A stretch of DNA of 64,000 nucleotides from Candidatus Omnitrophota bacterium (GTDB taxonomy: Bacteria > Omnitrophota > Gorgyraeia > B26-G9), in NCBI GenBank assembly GCA_043806135.1, contig JAZDHG010000009.1:430-64429 (forward strand), read 5' to 3'. Below the pieces are notes generated by a model, which had not been told where the DNA came from, ran no database searches, and was given only the letters and a program-made list of their open reading frames with translations. How positions within the stretch are numbered: the first letter of the stretch is position 1; every line of letters begins with the position of its first letter. A program made the position numbers and the translations under genes. Below, piece by piece: positions 18,881-29,344 of this stretch.

Positions 18881-20857
18881 ATGAGTAAAAGAGTTCATGA
18901 ATTAGCAAAAGAACTGGGATACTCCAGTAAAGAGCTGGTCAAAAAGCTCAATGAAATGCATGTTGATGTCAAGGGGCATATGAGTGCTATTGACGATGAA
19001 ACTGCAGAAATTGTGTGTCATGAACTCCTGGCTAAAAAAGAACCGGAAAAGAAAAAACAAAAAATAAAAAAGAAGGGGGAAGAAAAAGCAGCCCCGGAAT
19101 TAAAACCATTACAGGTTAAAGTCCCCATAAGTGTGAAAGACTTTGCTTCTAAAATTAATAAGAGTTCTCCAGATGTGATTAAAAAATTAATGACAATGAA
19201 AATCATGGCCTCGGTTAATCAAAATCTTGATGAGGAAACTACCAGACAAATAGCTCGGGAATTCGGTTTTTCCCTGGAAAAAGCACTAACTGAAGAAGAG
19301 ACCCTGCTGATCAAACACAAGCAATCCGATAACGGACAGGGGCTCAAGTTTAGATCTCCGGTAGTCACACTGATGGGACATGTTGATCATGGGAAAACAT
19401 CATTACTCGATGTTTTGCGCAAATCAAATCTAACCTCTAAAGAAGCGGGCGGAATAACGCAGCATATAGGCGCCTATGAGGTGAACCTTCCTAAGGGTAA
19501 AATAACATTTTTGGATACTCCGGGGCACGAGGCTTTTACGGCTATGCGCTCAAGAGGAGCGACAATTACGGATATTGTTATTGTTGTTGTGGCTGCGGAT
19601 GACGGGTTAATGCCCCAGACGTATGAGGCGATTAATCATGCCAAGGCAGCGGGTGTGCCTATGGTTGTTGCCATAAATAAAGTAGATTTGCCGGGAGCTG
19701 ATGTTGATAAAGTAAAAAGACAGCTTGCTGATATCGGCCTGACCAGTGAAGACTGGGGCGGCAGTACTATTACAGTTGAAGTTTCGGCAAAAAAAGAAAC
19801 AGGGATTAAAAAACTGCTTGAGATGATATTGCTTGAAGCAGAAATGCTTGAACTCAAAGCGAACCCGGACCGGGTAGCAAAAGGTGTTATTATTGAAAGC
19901 AAACTTTCAAGAGGCAGTGGTCCCACGGCAACAATGCTTGTGCAGAGCGGAACATTGCATCCGGGAGATGTTTTTGTCTGCGGCTTGACTCACGGCAAGA
20001 TAAAATCAATGACCAATGATCTGGGCGAAAGGATGGAAAGTGCCGGACCTTCTGTTCCTGTTGAAATATCTGGGATATCTCATGTGCCTATGGCTGGTGA
20101 TAAATTCTATGTTGTTGAGGATGAAAAAAAAGCCAGGGAACTTTCCGTTGCTAAGAATGAAAACCTGCGTCAGGAAAAGCTTATGCCTGCGCAGCGGGTC
20201 AGTTTGGAGGATCTTTTTAACCGGGCACAAGAGGGAAAGATCAAGGAGCTTAAGATTATCATTAAATCCGATGTACAGGGATCGCTTGAGGCCTTAGGCA
20301 GTTCTTTGCAGCAATTAGGGACAAAGGATATCGGTGTTGCCATTATCCATTCTCAGGTAGGAACGATCAGCGAGTCGGATGTAATGCTGGCTATCGCAAG
20401 TGAGGCTGTAATTATAGGTTTTCATGTGGGAATCGATGCTAAAGCCAAGGAAGTCGCGGGAAAAAAGGCTGTTGATATCAGGCTTTACCGTATTATTTAT
20501 GAGGCGATAAACGACGTGCGTTTAAGCATGGAAGGACTGCTTGAGCCTACGATCAAAGAAACGTTTCTCGGAAGGGCTAAAATTCTGCAGGTTTTCAAGA
20601 TCTCAAAGCTGGGTAAAATATGCGGCTGTATGGTTGTAAAGGGAAAATTTGTGCGTAATGCGGAAATTGCCCGCCTTTTTCGTAATGAGGAATGCCTATA
20701 CGAGGGCAAACTGGAATCATTGAAGAGATACAAGGATGATGTGAAAGAAGTGGGCGAAGGGCTTGAATGTGGTATCGGGCTTGATAAGTTTGATTCCATG
20801 CAAAGCGATGATATTATTGAGTGTTATCGACTCGAAAAAATTGCACGAAAATTATAA
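18881..20857 (+). CDS. infB: Translation initiation factor IF-2
   Basis: [33 protein letters not shown]. Confidence 0.98.
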   Translation: MSKRVHELAKELGYSSKELVKKLNEMHVDVKGHMSAIDDETAEIVCHELLAKKEPEKKKQKIKKKGEEKAAPELKPLQVKVPISVKDFASKINKSSPDVIKKLMTMKIMASVNQNLDEETTRQIAREFGFSLEKALTEEETLLIKHKQSDNGQGLKFRSPVVTLMGHVDHGKTSLLDVLRKSNLTSKEAGGITQHIGAYEVNLPKGKITFLDTPGHEAFTAMRSRGATITDIVIVVVAADDGLMPQTYEAINHAKAAGVPMVVAINKVDLPGADVDKVKRQLADIGLTSEDWGGSTITVEVSAKKETGIKKLLEMILLEAEMLELKANPDRVAKGVIIESKLSRGSGPTATMLVQSGTLHPGDVFVCGLTHGKIKSMTNDLGERMESAGPSVPVEISGISHVPMAGDKFYVVEDEKKARELSVAKNENLRQEKLMPAQRVSLEDLFNRAQEGKIKELKIIIKSDVQGSLEALGSSLQQLGTKDIGVAIIHSQVGTISESDVMLAIASEAVIIGFHVGIDAKAKEVAGKKAVDIRLYRIIYEAINDVRLSMEGLLEPTIKETFLGRAKILQVFKISKLGKICGCMVVKGKFVRNAEIARLFRNEECLYEGKLESLKRYKDDVKEVGEGLECGIGLDKFDSMQSDDIIECYRLEKIARKL

Positions 20858-20860
20858 AAA

Positions 20861-21844
20861 ATGAAAAAGAAAATTTTAAGCGGCATGCGCCCTACAGGCA
20901 AACTTCATCTGGGCCATTTAGTCGGTGCCTTAAAAAACTGGAGTTTGCTGCAGAGTGATTACGAATGTTTCTTCATGGTGGCTGACTGGCATGCCTTGAT
21001 GAGTGAGTACAAAGATCCGTCCAGATTAAAAGAATTTTCATTGGATAATGTAATAGATTGGATCAGCTGCGGTATCGATCCTGATAAAGCAACCATATTT
21101 ATTCAATCTCAAATACCCGAACATCTTGAGCTTTATATGGTTCTGTCATGCGTAACCCCTCTTGGCTGGCTGGAACGCTGTCCAACCTACAAGGAGCAGC
21201 TTAGGGAGCTGAAGACAAGACAGCTGAACAACTATGCTTTTCTGGGATATCCGGTATTGCAGGCAGCGGATATACTGCTTTATAAGTCAGAGGTGGTCCC
21301 TGTGGGAGAAGACCAGCTTCCGCATCTTGAACTTACCCGGGAAATAGCCCAAAAATTTAATCATCTGTACAAAAAAAATATATTTCCCCATCCACAGGCA
21401 AAGCTGACTAAAACATCCCGCTTAACGGGACTTGACGGAAGAAAGATGTCAAAAAGTTATGATAATTATATCGGCTTGAGTGATACGGCTGAGGAAATAA
21501 GTAAAAAAGTGATGAGTATGTTTACGGATCCAAAGCGGATTAAACTAACCGATCCGGGCAGACCCGAGGTATGTAATGTATACAGTTATTACAGGGTATT
21601 TGCGGATGAAAGCATATGCACGGTTGTTGAAAATGAATGCCAAAGGACAAAAAGGGGATGCACTGATTGTAAAAAACAATTTTCCTCTGTGCTTAATGAG
21701 TACCTTAAACCTATTCGGGAAAAAAGAAAAGAGCTGATGGGTGATAAAAATACTGTTATCAGAATCCTGGAAAAAGGCAGAGTGAAAGCGCATAGTGTTG
21801 CTAGGGCTACAATGGATGAAGTGCGACATACGATTGGGTTATGA
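20861..21844 (+). CDS. trpS: Tryptophanyl-tRNA synthetase
   Basis: SGMRPTGKLHLGH, YPVLQAADIL, VPVGEDQ, KMSKS. Confidence 0.97.
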   Translation: MKKKILSGMRPTGKLHLGHLVGALKNWSLLQSDYECFFMVADWHALMSEYKDPSRLKEFSLDNVIDWISCGIDPDKATIFIQSQIPEHLELYMVLSCVTPLGWLERCPTYKEQLRELKTRQLNNYAFLGYPVLQAADILLYKSEVVPVGEDQLPHLELTREIAQKFNHLYKKNIFPHPQAKLTKTSRLTGLDGRKMSKSYDNYIGLSDTAEEISKKVMSMFTDPKRIKLTDPGRPEVCNVYSYYRVFADESICTVVENECQRTKRGCTDCKKQFSSVLNEYLKPIREKRKELMGDKNTVIRILEKGRVKAHSVARATMDEVRHTIGL

Positions 21845-22584
21845 AATATAAAGTTAATTTAGAAATTTTCGAAGGGCCGCTTGACTTATTGCTTTACCTT
21901 ATAAGGAAAAGCCATCTTAATATCTATGATATTCCTATTGCTAAGATTACTGAGCAGTATTTGGAATACCTGGAATTTATGCGTTTGCTGGATCTTGGTA
22001 TTGCCGGGGAATTTCTGGTTATGGCAGCGACCTTGATGCATATAAAATCAAAAATGCTGCTGCCTCCTGATGAAACCGAGCCTGAAGTTGAAGAAGAAGA
22101 TCCTAGGGCGGAACTTGTAAAAAAACTTCTTGAGTATAAGAAATTCAAGGAGGCGGCAAGCTATTTAGAGGAATGTGAAACCGTACAGCGTAAAATATTC
22201 AAGCGCATTAATCCTGCAGCGGATGTTGAGCCGGAAGAGGAGATTTTCTTTGAAACAAGCCTTTTTGATCTGATCGGAGCTTTTTCTAAAGCCTTGAAAG
22301 ATGTGCCCCGCGATATTTTCAAAGAGATCATTGAAGATGAGTTTACAGTTGATGGTAAGATACACGACCTGCTTCATGTTTTGGTCAAAAAGAGAAAACT
22401 CTCACTCAGCGAAATGTTTGAAAATGCAAAGAATAAGGTGGAGGTAGTGGTCACTTTTTTGGCTATTTTGGAGCTGATCAGACAGCAGGAAATCGTGGCG
22501 GCTCAAAAGGGACTGTTCGGAGAAATTTTTGTTTTTCTCAACGAAGAAAGAATTTTGCCTCCAATGCATGTTAGTACAATATAG
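21841..22584 (+). CDS. scpA: Segregation/condensation protein A
   Basis: FEGPLDLLLYLI, FLAILEL. Confidence 0.95.
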   Translation: MKYKVNLEIFEGPLDLLLYLIRKSHLNIYDIPIAKITEQYLEYLEFMRLLDLGIAGEFLVMAATLMHIKSKMLLPPDETEPEVEEEDPRAELVKKLLEYKKFKEAASYLEECETVQRKIFKRINPAADVEPEEEIFFETSLFDLIGAFSKALKDVPRDIFKEIIEDEFTVDGKIHDLLHVLVKKRKLSLSEMFENAKNKVEVVVTFLAILELIRQQEIVAAQKGLFGEIFVFLNEERILPPMHVSTI

Positions 22585-22848
22585 ACATCCTGTAACGAGT
22601 GAGCATAGGGATGTCTTGATCTCAGAGATTAAAAACTTGATCACAGCGATATACTAATATAAATTAATCTTTGCCCCGAGAAATCTGCACCCTGAAATTT
22701 TTTTGGAATTTCGGGTACTTAGTCCTGGGAATGCTGCGCATTCCACAGGGGAAGATTTCCGGAGTTGGGTGCCCCGCAAGGGTATAATCTATTAATAACC
22801 GTTGTAATCAGGTATAATCCAGATTATGTATGAGGATTATACCAGGAG
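22584..22848 (+). repeat. Repeat family A copy 2 (shell plus 120-bp core)
   Basis: Terminal hairpins GACATCC..GGATGTC and GGTATAATCC..GGATTATACC; core 22671-22790 identical to 57872-57991. Confidence 0.9.
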
Positions 22849-22854
22849 TTAAGT

Positions 22855-23595
22855 ATGGACGAATTCAATCTAAAGAAAATAATTGAGGCGTTGATGTTTG
22901 TCAGCGAGAAGCCGCTCAACTTTAAGCAAATTTTAGAAATATGTTCAGAGACTGAATTGTCCGAGGTGAAGGACGCGATGAACCAATTGCAGGAGCATTA
23001 TAACCTTCATGAGCGGGGAATACATATCCGTGAAGTTGCCGGAGGCTATCAATTCTCCTCAAACCCTGATTGCGCCGATTATCTCAAAAAACTTTATAAG
23101 ACACGCCGGGTTTTTAGACTTTCGGCACCGGCCTTGGAAACACTTGCGATAATCGCTTATAAACAGCCGATAACCCGCTCTGAGATCGAATTTATTCGCG
23201 GGGTCAATGTGGATGGAGTTGTAAAAAACCTAGAGGACCGAGATCTAGTAAAAATAAAAGGACGCAAAGAGGTCCCCGGCAAGCCGTTGCTTTATGGGAC
23301 TACGGATACATTCCTGCACTATTTCGGCCTTAAATCATTGCAGGGTCTGCCGAGCTTGGAAGAATTTAAGGCTCAAAATATGGAATATGTGCAGGATGAG
23401 CAGCCATTGGTTCTGGAAGAAAGTACGGCCGGTATTGCTGTTGATCAAGATACGGAAAATTCCATTAATAATGAAAATGCTATCGCTCAGGACACCGGCG
23501 ATGCTTTAGTATCTGATGAAAATGAAGAGGTATTTGAAAACGGAGAAGAAGACGATGGGAAAAGTGAACATAAAGAAGCTGCGAGAAGCAATTAA
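22855..23595 (+). CDS. scpB: Segregation/condensation protein B
   Basis: LSAPALETLAIIAYKQPITR, IRGV, PGKPLLYGTT. Confidence 0.95.
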   Translation: MDEFNLKKIIEALMFVSEKPLNFKQILEICSETELSEVKDAMNQLQEHYNLHERGIHIREVAGGYQFSSNPDCADYLKKLYKTRRVFRLSAPALETLAIIAYKQPITRSEIEFIRGVNVDGVVKNLEDRDLVKIKGRKEVPGKPLLYGTTDTFLHYFGLKSLQGLPSLEEFKAQNMEYVQDEQPLVLEESTAGIAVDQDTENSINNENAIAQDTGDALVSDENEEVFENGEEDDGKSEHKEAARSN

Positions 23596-24625
23596 TGCAC
23601 TGGATGAAAAACTTGTCAGCACTTTAAATAAACGCACTGAACTGGCGATTAAGATCGGTAAGATAAAGGACAAGCTTAATAAAAGTGTTTATAGCCCTGA
23701 GCGTGAACAGGAAATATATAATAAATTAAAAAAAATAAACAAGGGCCCTCTGGACAATAAGGTTTTAACAGCAGTTTACCGTGAGATAATGTCCGGAACG
23801 ATTATGCTGCAAAGGCCGATGAAAGTGGCATATCTGGGGCCTGAGGCTACGTTTACTCATCTTGCCAGCCGGAAGAAATTCGGGGCACAGGTTGAGTATA
23901 TAAGCATGCAGACTATAACAGATGTTTTTACTGAGGTCGAGCGAGGCAACTGCGATTTTGGTGTTGTGCCTGTTGAAAACTCCATAGAAGGGGCTATAAG
24001 CCATACGCTTGATATGTTCGTTGATTCAGATCTTAAGATATGCTCTGAGATAAGCCTTGATGTTACGCATAATCTGCTGGCTAACTGCGATATCAAGGAT
24101 ATCAAAAAAGTTTACAGCAAATCACAGGTTTTCGGCCAGTGCCGTTTATGGCTGGAAAGTAATTTGCCGGGCCGGCACCTGATGGAGACTTCAAGTACTA
24201 CCAAGGCTGCTGAAATCGCGGCTTGTGAAAAAAATTCAGCGGCTATTGCCAGCTCTTTGGCAGCGCAGATCTATAAAGTAAATATAAAGGCAAAATCTAT
24301 TGAGGACAGTCCGCACAACGTAACGCGGTTTCTTGTGATTGGGGAGAAAGAGACAGGCTATACCGGCCGGGACAAAACATCAGTGCTTTTTTCCATCAAG
24401 GACCGGGTAGGTGCGTTGCATGATATGCTTCTAGCTTTTAAGAACGCAAAAATAAACCTGACAAAAATAGAATCCCGGCCGTCTAAGAAAAAAGCCTGGG
24501 ACTATTATTTCTTCGTTGATATGCAGGGGCATATTAAAGAACCGCGATTGAAAAAGGCATTGACAAACCTGGAAAAGAAATGCCATTTTCTTAAAATCGT
24601 GGGTTCCTATCCGCAAAGCGTTTAA
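23555..24625 (+). CDS. pheA: Chorismate mutase/prephenate dehydratase
   Basis: AYLGPEATFTH, VPVENSIEG, NVTRF, IESRP. Confidence 0.95.
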   Translation: MGKVNIKKLREAINALDEKLVSTLNKRTELAIKIGKIKDKLNKSVYSPEREQEIYNKLKKINKGPLDNKVLTAVYREIMSGTIMLQRPMKVAYLGPEATFTHLASRKKFGAQVEYISMQTITDVFTEVERGNCDFGVVPVENSIEGAISHTLDMFVDSDLKICSEISLDVTHNLLANCDIKDIKKVYSKSQVFGQCRLWLESNLPGRHLMETSSTTKAAEIAACEKNSAAIASSLAAQIYKVNIKAKSIEDSPHNVTRFLVIGEKETGYTGRDKTSVLFSIKDRVGALHDMLLAFKNAKINLTKIESRPSKKKAWDYYFFVDMQGHIKEPRLKKALTNLEKKCHFLKIVGSYPQSV

Positions 24626-24652
24626 AATATCAAATAATCCCGGAGACTAAGC

Positions 24653-25741
24653 ATGAGCATTAAAAAGTTAGTTAAAAAATCAATATTGACGGTTAAACCT
24701 TACAAGCCCGGCAAGCCTATTGAAGAGGTTAAACGCGAATTCGGCTTAACCCGTGTATATAAGATGGCTTCAAATGAAAACGCGTTAGGACCATCGCCTA
24801 GAGCGGTAGCGGCTATTAAAAAAGGTATTTTAAATATTCACCGCTATCCGGACGGCAATTGCTTTTATCTAAAAAAGGCATTGGCAAAAAAGTTTAAGCT
24901 GCCCCAGGAAAATTTGATAATCGGCAATGGTTCGGATGAAATCATAGTTCTTGCGCTGCGTACCTTTATCAATGAAGGAGATGAGGTAATAATCGCTGAG
25001 CCGACGTTCCTGGTCTATAAGATCGCCGCTGCAATTATCGGGGCAAAAATAGTCAGCGTGCCTTTAAAGGCGTATCATTATGACCTGGAGGCGATGAAGA
25101 AAAAAATAAACAAAAGAACAAAAATGATCTTCATTGCCAATCCGGATAACCCGACCGGAAGTTATGTTAATCGCAGGGAGGTAGAAAAATTTTTGAAGGG
25201 TCTGCCAAAAGATATGATCATATTTTTTGATGAGGCTTATTTTGAATATATGAATGCTCGAGATTATCCCAATTCCATGCGTTATCTGGGTGGAGGTAAT
25301 GTGATTGTCAGCCGCAGTTTTTCCAAGGCATATGGACTTGGCGGATTGCGTATCGGCTGGGCCGCGGCAAGTAAAGAAATAATCGGATATCTAAATCAGG
25401 TACGTGAGCCGTTTAATGTGAATATGCTTGCCCAGATCGCGGCTACAGCCGCGCTCAATGATAGAAATCATGTGATGAGATCGCGAAGACTTATAAAAGA
25501 AGGTAAAAAGTTTATATGTGAAGAATTACAAAAGATAAAATTATTTTATGTTCCAAGTGTTACTAATTTTATTTTGTTCAATGCCGGGAAAAAGAGCCTT
25601 CAGGTATATGATAATTTGATGCGCAAGGGAATTATCGTCAGGGAAATGTCTGCGTGGGGTTTGAAAAATTTCATACGGGTAACCATCGGCACAAATAAAG
25701 AAAACAGATTATTTGTAAAATTTCTTAAAAAATTTATTTAA
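24653..25741 (+). CDS. hisC: Histidinol-phosphate/aromatic aminotransferase
   Basis: ASNEN, GNGSDE, NPDNPTG, DEAY, SRSFSKAYGLGGLRIG. Confidence 0.93.
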   Translation: MSIKKLVKKSILTVKPYKPGKPIEEVKREFGLTRVYKMASNENALGPSPRAVAAIKKGILNIHRYPDGNCFYLKKALAKKFKLPQENLIIGNGSDEIIVLALRTFINEGDEVIIAEPTFLVYKIAAAIIGAKIVSVPLKAYHYDLEAMKKKINKRTKMIFIANPDNPTGSYVNRREVEKFLKGLPKDMIIFFDEAYFEYMNARDYPNSMRYLGGGNVIVSRSFSKAYGLGGLRIGWAAASKEIIGYLNQVREPFNVNMLAQIAATAALNDRNHVMRSRRLIKEGKKFICEELQKIKLFYVPSVTNFILFNAGKKSLQVYDNLMRKGIIVREMSAWGLKNFIRVTIGTNKENRLFVKFLKKFI

Positions 25742-25762
25742 ATCTAATCGGGGGATAAAATA

Positions 25763-26776
25763 GTGATAATTGTTCTTAAAGCAAATACCACAAAGGAAGA
25801 AAAGCAAAGGATTATTGATAAGGTTCATTCTCTTGGCCTTAAAACTATGGTCTCTGATGGGGTAGAACGTTCAATAATCGGGGTTATCGGAGAGGAAGAT
25901 AAAATAAGACTGCAGCCGCTGGAGGCGTTTCCCGGTGTCGAACAGGTTATACCTGTGCTTTCTCCGTTTAAGCTTGTTTCCAGGGAATTCAAGCCTGAAA
26001 ATAGTCGTATAAAGATTAAAGATGTTACTATCGGCGGGGAGACGATTGTGATAATGGGCGGGCCCTGTGCCATAGAGAACCTGGAGACTTTGCGGGAAAT
26101 TGCCAAGAATGTTAAAAAGGCAGGTGCAACGGTTTTGCGGGGAGGCGCCTTTAAGCCAAGGACTTCACCCTATTCTTTCCAAGGACTTGGTGTCGAGGGA
26201 CTTAAAATAATGAAGCAGGTCTGTGACGAGGTTGGACTCTTAAGCATTAGCGAGGTTATAGATCCCCGCGATGTGGAATTAATGGCTGATTATGTTGATA
26301 TTATGCAGGTTGGAGCCAGAAATATGCAGAATTTTAACCTGCTTAAAGAGATCGGCAAGTGCAAAAGGCCGGTTGTGTTAAAAAGAGGCATGATGGCGAC
26401 AATAATAGAATTTCTTATGAGTGCAGAATATATCTTGAGCGAGGGTAATTTTAATGTTATCTTATGCGAACGCGGAATACGCACATTTGAGACATATACA
26501 CGCAATACCCTGGATATTAACGCTGTTCCGGCGGTCAAGATCCTTTCACACCTGCCGATTATTGTGGACCCTTCTCATGCTACCGGAAAATGGAGCCTGG
26601 TCACGCCGGTGAGCAAAGCGGCTATTGCCGCGGGCGCGGACGGTCTAATAGTAGAGGTGCATGTACACCCTGAGGAAGCGATGTCTGATGGTACTCAATC
26701 TTTGAATACGGAAAATTTTGCGACTTTGGTAAAAGAAGTCAGGGCTGTGGCTCATGCTGTGGGAAGAAAGAGCTGA
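25763..26776 (+). CDS. aroF: DAHP synthase (type I-beta)
   Basis: GGAFKPRTSPYSFQG, GARNMQNF, LCERGIR, DPSHATG. Confidence 0.95.
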   Translation: MIIVLKANTTKEEKQRIIDKVHSLGLKTMVSDGVERSIIGVIGEEDKIRLQPLEAFPGVEQVIPVLSPFKLVSREFKPENSRIKIKDVTIGGETIVIMGGPCAIENLETLREIAKNVKKAGATVLRGGAFKPRTSPYSFQGLGVEGLKIMKQVCDEVGLLSISEVIDPRDVELMADYVDIMQVGARNMQNFNLLKEIGKCKRPVVLKRGMMATIIEFLMSAEYILSEGNFNVILCERGIRTFETYTRNTLDINAVPAVKILSHLPIIVDPSHATGKWSLVTPVSKAAIAAGADGLIVEVHVHPEEAMSDGTQSLNTENFATLVKEVRAVAHAVGRKS

Positions 26777-26779
26777 GAT

Positions 26780-27625
26780 ATGAGACTTAAATTTAAAAAA
26801 ACGGTTATTGTAGGTCCGGGGCTTATCGGAGGTTCTATCGGTATTTTTTTGCGTAAAAGCGGGATAGCCGCATCTGTGGTCGGGGTTGCCAGGCATAAAA
26901 GTACCTTGAGCAAAGCGTTAAAAAAAAGCGCCATTGACAAGGCCGAGACAGATCTGAAAAAAGCGGTTATTGATGCGGACCTTGTTCTGATTGCCACTCC
27001 GGTAGAAGCTTTAAAAAAAATAATGCGTGAAATAAAAGACAGCCTTAAACCAGGCTGTATTGTTTTTGATGTAGGAAGCACCAAAATGGAGATTGTTCTT
27101 CAGGCACAAAAGACGCTGCCGAGAAACGTGTATTTTATCGGCGCGCATCCTATGGCCGGATCTGAAAAGACAGGTGCAGAGTTTGCCAGGGGAGATCTTT
27201 TCAAAGGTTCGCTGTGTTTTATAACAAAGACTATAACTACGGAAAAAACAGCGTTGTTAAAAATTAAGGAACTCTGGAAAAGGCTTGGGGCAAAATGTGT
27301 TGAGATCGATCCCTATGTGCATGATAATATCGTTGCCTCTATCAGCCATCTACCGCATCTGATTAGTGCGGCGCTTGTAAATAGTGTTCCGGCTAATTAC
27401 CTTAAGTTTGCAGCCACGGGATTTAAGGATACTACTAGGATCGCTGGCGGAAGCCCTGAGATCTGGCACGATATTATCCTGAGTAATCGAAAAGCAATAC
27501 TGAAACAAATAGAAAAGTTTGAAGCTGTGTTAAAAAAACTGAAAAAATCTATAGTATTGAAGCAGGGGAAACAGCTTACCGGACAACTGCAGCAGGCGAG
27601 AGAAAAGAGGCAGGGGATAGAATAA
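26780..27625 (+). CDS. tyrA: Prephenate/arogenate dehydrogenase
   Basis: GPGLIGGS, DVGSTK, HPMAGSE, SHLPH, DTTRIA. Confidence 0.93.
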   Translation: MRLKFKKTVIVGPGLIGGSIGIFLRKSGIAASVVGVARHKSTLSKALKKSAIDKAETDLKKAVIDADLVLIATPVEALKKIMREIKDSLKPGCIVFDVGSTKMEIVLQAQKTLPRNVYFIGAHPMAGSEKTGAEFARGDLFKGSLCFITKTITTEKTALLKIKELWKRLGAKCVEIDPYVHDNIVASISHLPHLISAALVNSVPANYLKFAATGFKDTTRIAGGSPEIWHDIILSNRKAILKQIEKFEAVLKKLKKSIVLKQGKQLTGQLQQAREKRQGIE

Positions 27626-27717
27626 GAATATCTGCCTGAATTTGTGGAAGCGCTTAAAAATTCACCATCATCTTTTATTAATTCGAGATTAAACACGAAA
27701 GAACCATTTTAAGTAAA

Positions 27718-27830
27718 CCTCTTTAGAGAACTCTGTTCTCTGACGGTTTACGCGGACGGTGGCTTTAAACTATCGTCAATTTTAATAGGTAATAACTGCC
27801 GATTAAAATCAGTGGCTTCCTCTAACGGAG
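27718..27830 (-). mobile_element. 113-bp palindromic element, intergenic degenerate copy of the prepilin-leader family
   Basis: On the - strand TTTA|CTCCGTTAGAG...CTCTAAAGAGG|TTTA; aligns ungapped to 42409-42521 (about 71/113 by hand count). Confidence 0.8.
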
Positions 27831-27838
27831 TAAACGGG

Positions 27839-28513
27839 ATGAGCATGATTATTGCTATAGATGGGCCTGCGGGCGCGGGCAAAAGTACGATCGCAAAACT
27901 GCTGGCTGAAAAATTGGGCGTTCTTTATGTAGATACAGGTGCTATGTACAGGGCACTGACATTAAAAGTGCTTCGTCTTAATGCTGACTTTAAGGACACG
28001 GAAAAACTTATTAAGATCGCATTTGATACCGATATAAAACTAAAAAAAAGCAAAGATCACAATACCATTGTCCTGCTTGACGGTGAGGATGTGACCGCGC
28101 CTATCAGAAAGCCTGAAGTGACTAATTCTGTGTTTCATGTGGCGAGCATATCCCCCATACGTAACTTGATGGTGAAATTTCAAAGAGAGTATGCCCATAT
28201 CGACAATATTGTGATGGAAGGCAGAGATATCGGAACGGTGGTTTTTCCCAAGGCGCAAAGAAAGTTTTATCTTGACGCCAAGGCAATAATTCGCGCACGC
28301 AGACGCAAGCTTGAACTTGAGCAAAAAGGCATTGAGATAGATATCGAAGATATAGTCAAACAGATTAAAGACAGAGACGCAAAAGATAAAGCGCGCAAAT
28401 GCGGGCCGCTTAAAAAAGCGGAAGACGCGGTTTATATCGATACTTCAAACATGAACATTCCGGAGGTTGTAAATTGCCTGTTTACGTATATAAAAGATGA
28501 AAAAAAGAAATAA
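27839..28513 (+). CDS. cmk: Cytidylate kinase
   Basis: IAIDGPAGAGKST, DTGAMYR, EGRDIGTVVFP. Confidence 0.96.
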   Translation: MSMIIAIDGPAGAGKSTIAKLLAEKLGVLYVDTGAMYRALTLKVLRLNADFKDTEKLIKIAFDTDIKLKKSKDHNTIVLLDGEDVTAPIRKPEVTNSVFHVASISPIRNLMVKFQREYAHIDNIVMEGRDIGTVVFPKAQRKFYLDAKAIIRARRRKLELEQKGIEIDIEDIVKQIKDRDAKDKARKCGPLKKAEDAVYIDTSNMNIPEVVNCLFTYIKDEKKK

Positions 28514-29132
28514 TTTCTATATATTCTGCCGTTTTCTGCTTTTTGTAACATTTAAAATGCTGTTTTTCTTTAAATCCAGCGGTAAAGAATATCTTCCCAA
28601 AAACGGCGGCTGTATCATTGCTTCAAATCATTTGAGTTATCTTGACCCTATTGTGCTCAGCATTGCCAGTCCCCGAATCTTAAGCTTCATGGCCAAGCAG
28701 GAATTATTTAAAAACCCGATTTTTTCAAAGCTGATAACCGCATTGAATTCTTTTCCGCTTGAGCGCGGAAGCGCGGATCTCAAGTCAATACGTTTTGCCA
28801 TAAATAAGCTAAAAGATGAAGGTACTTTGATAATTTTCCCTGAGGGAACGCGCAGTGTCAGCGGTCAGATCAATGAGGGACAGGCCGGAGTAAGTATGCT
28901 TGCGGCAAAGGCCAAAGTGCCGGTAATACCCACTTTGATTAAAGGCACGGATATAGCTCTGGCTGTTGGTTCTAAAAAGATCAGGTTGTTTGTGCCTTTA
29001 AGCGTTCATTTCGGTAAACCTCTATATTTTACTTCAGGATCAGACAAGGATAAGTTAAAAGAGGAATATTATCAATTTTCCCGGGATATTATTGCTGAAA
29101 TCCAAAAGCTAAAAAGTGCTTGTAAAGCATAG
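28497..29132 (+). CDS. plsC: 1-acyl-sn-glycerol-3-phosphate acyltransferase
   Basis: NHLSYLD, FPEGTRS. Confidence 0.92.
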   Translation: MKKRNNFYIFCRFLLFVTFKMLFFFKSSGKEYLPKNGGCIIASNHLSYLDPIVLSIASPRILSFMAKQELFKNPIFSKLITALNSFPLERGSADLKSIRFAINKLKDEGTLIIFPEGTRSVSGQINEGQAGVSMLAAKAKVPVIPTLIKGTDIALAVGSKKIRLFVPLSVHFGKPLYFTSGSDKDKLKEEYYQFSRDIIAEIQKLKSACKA

Positions 29133-29344
29133 AATAATTTGTTATACTTTAACAATCAATTTTGAACTCAAAATAGTCTGAAACAGTGTATACAGACGCT
29201 TGAGTTCCTAAAACCCAGACTCAAAGAACTTAAATTGAGTCTGGAAAAAAGGAGATCAAAAAAAGCAGTTATTGATTTCCTGCTATGGCTGTTATTCGTT
29301 GAAATATTGGCCATATGTATAATGAAAAGGAGGTAGTTAATGCG

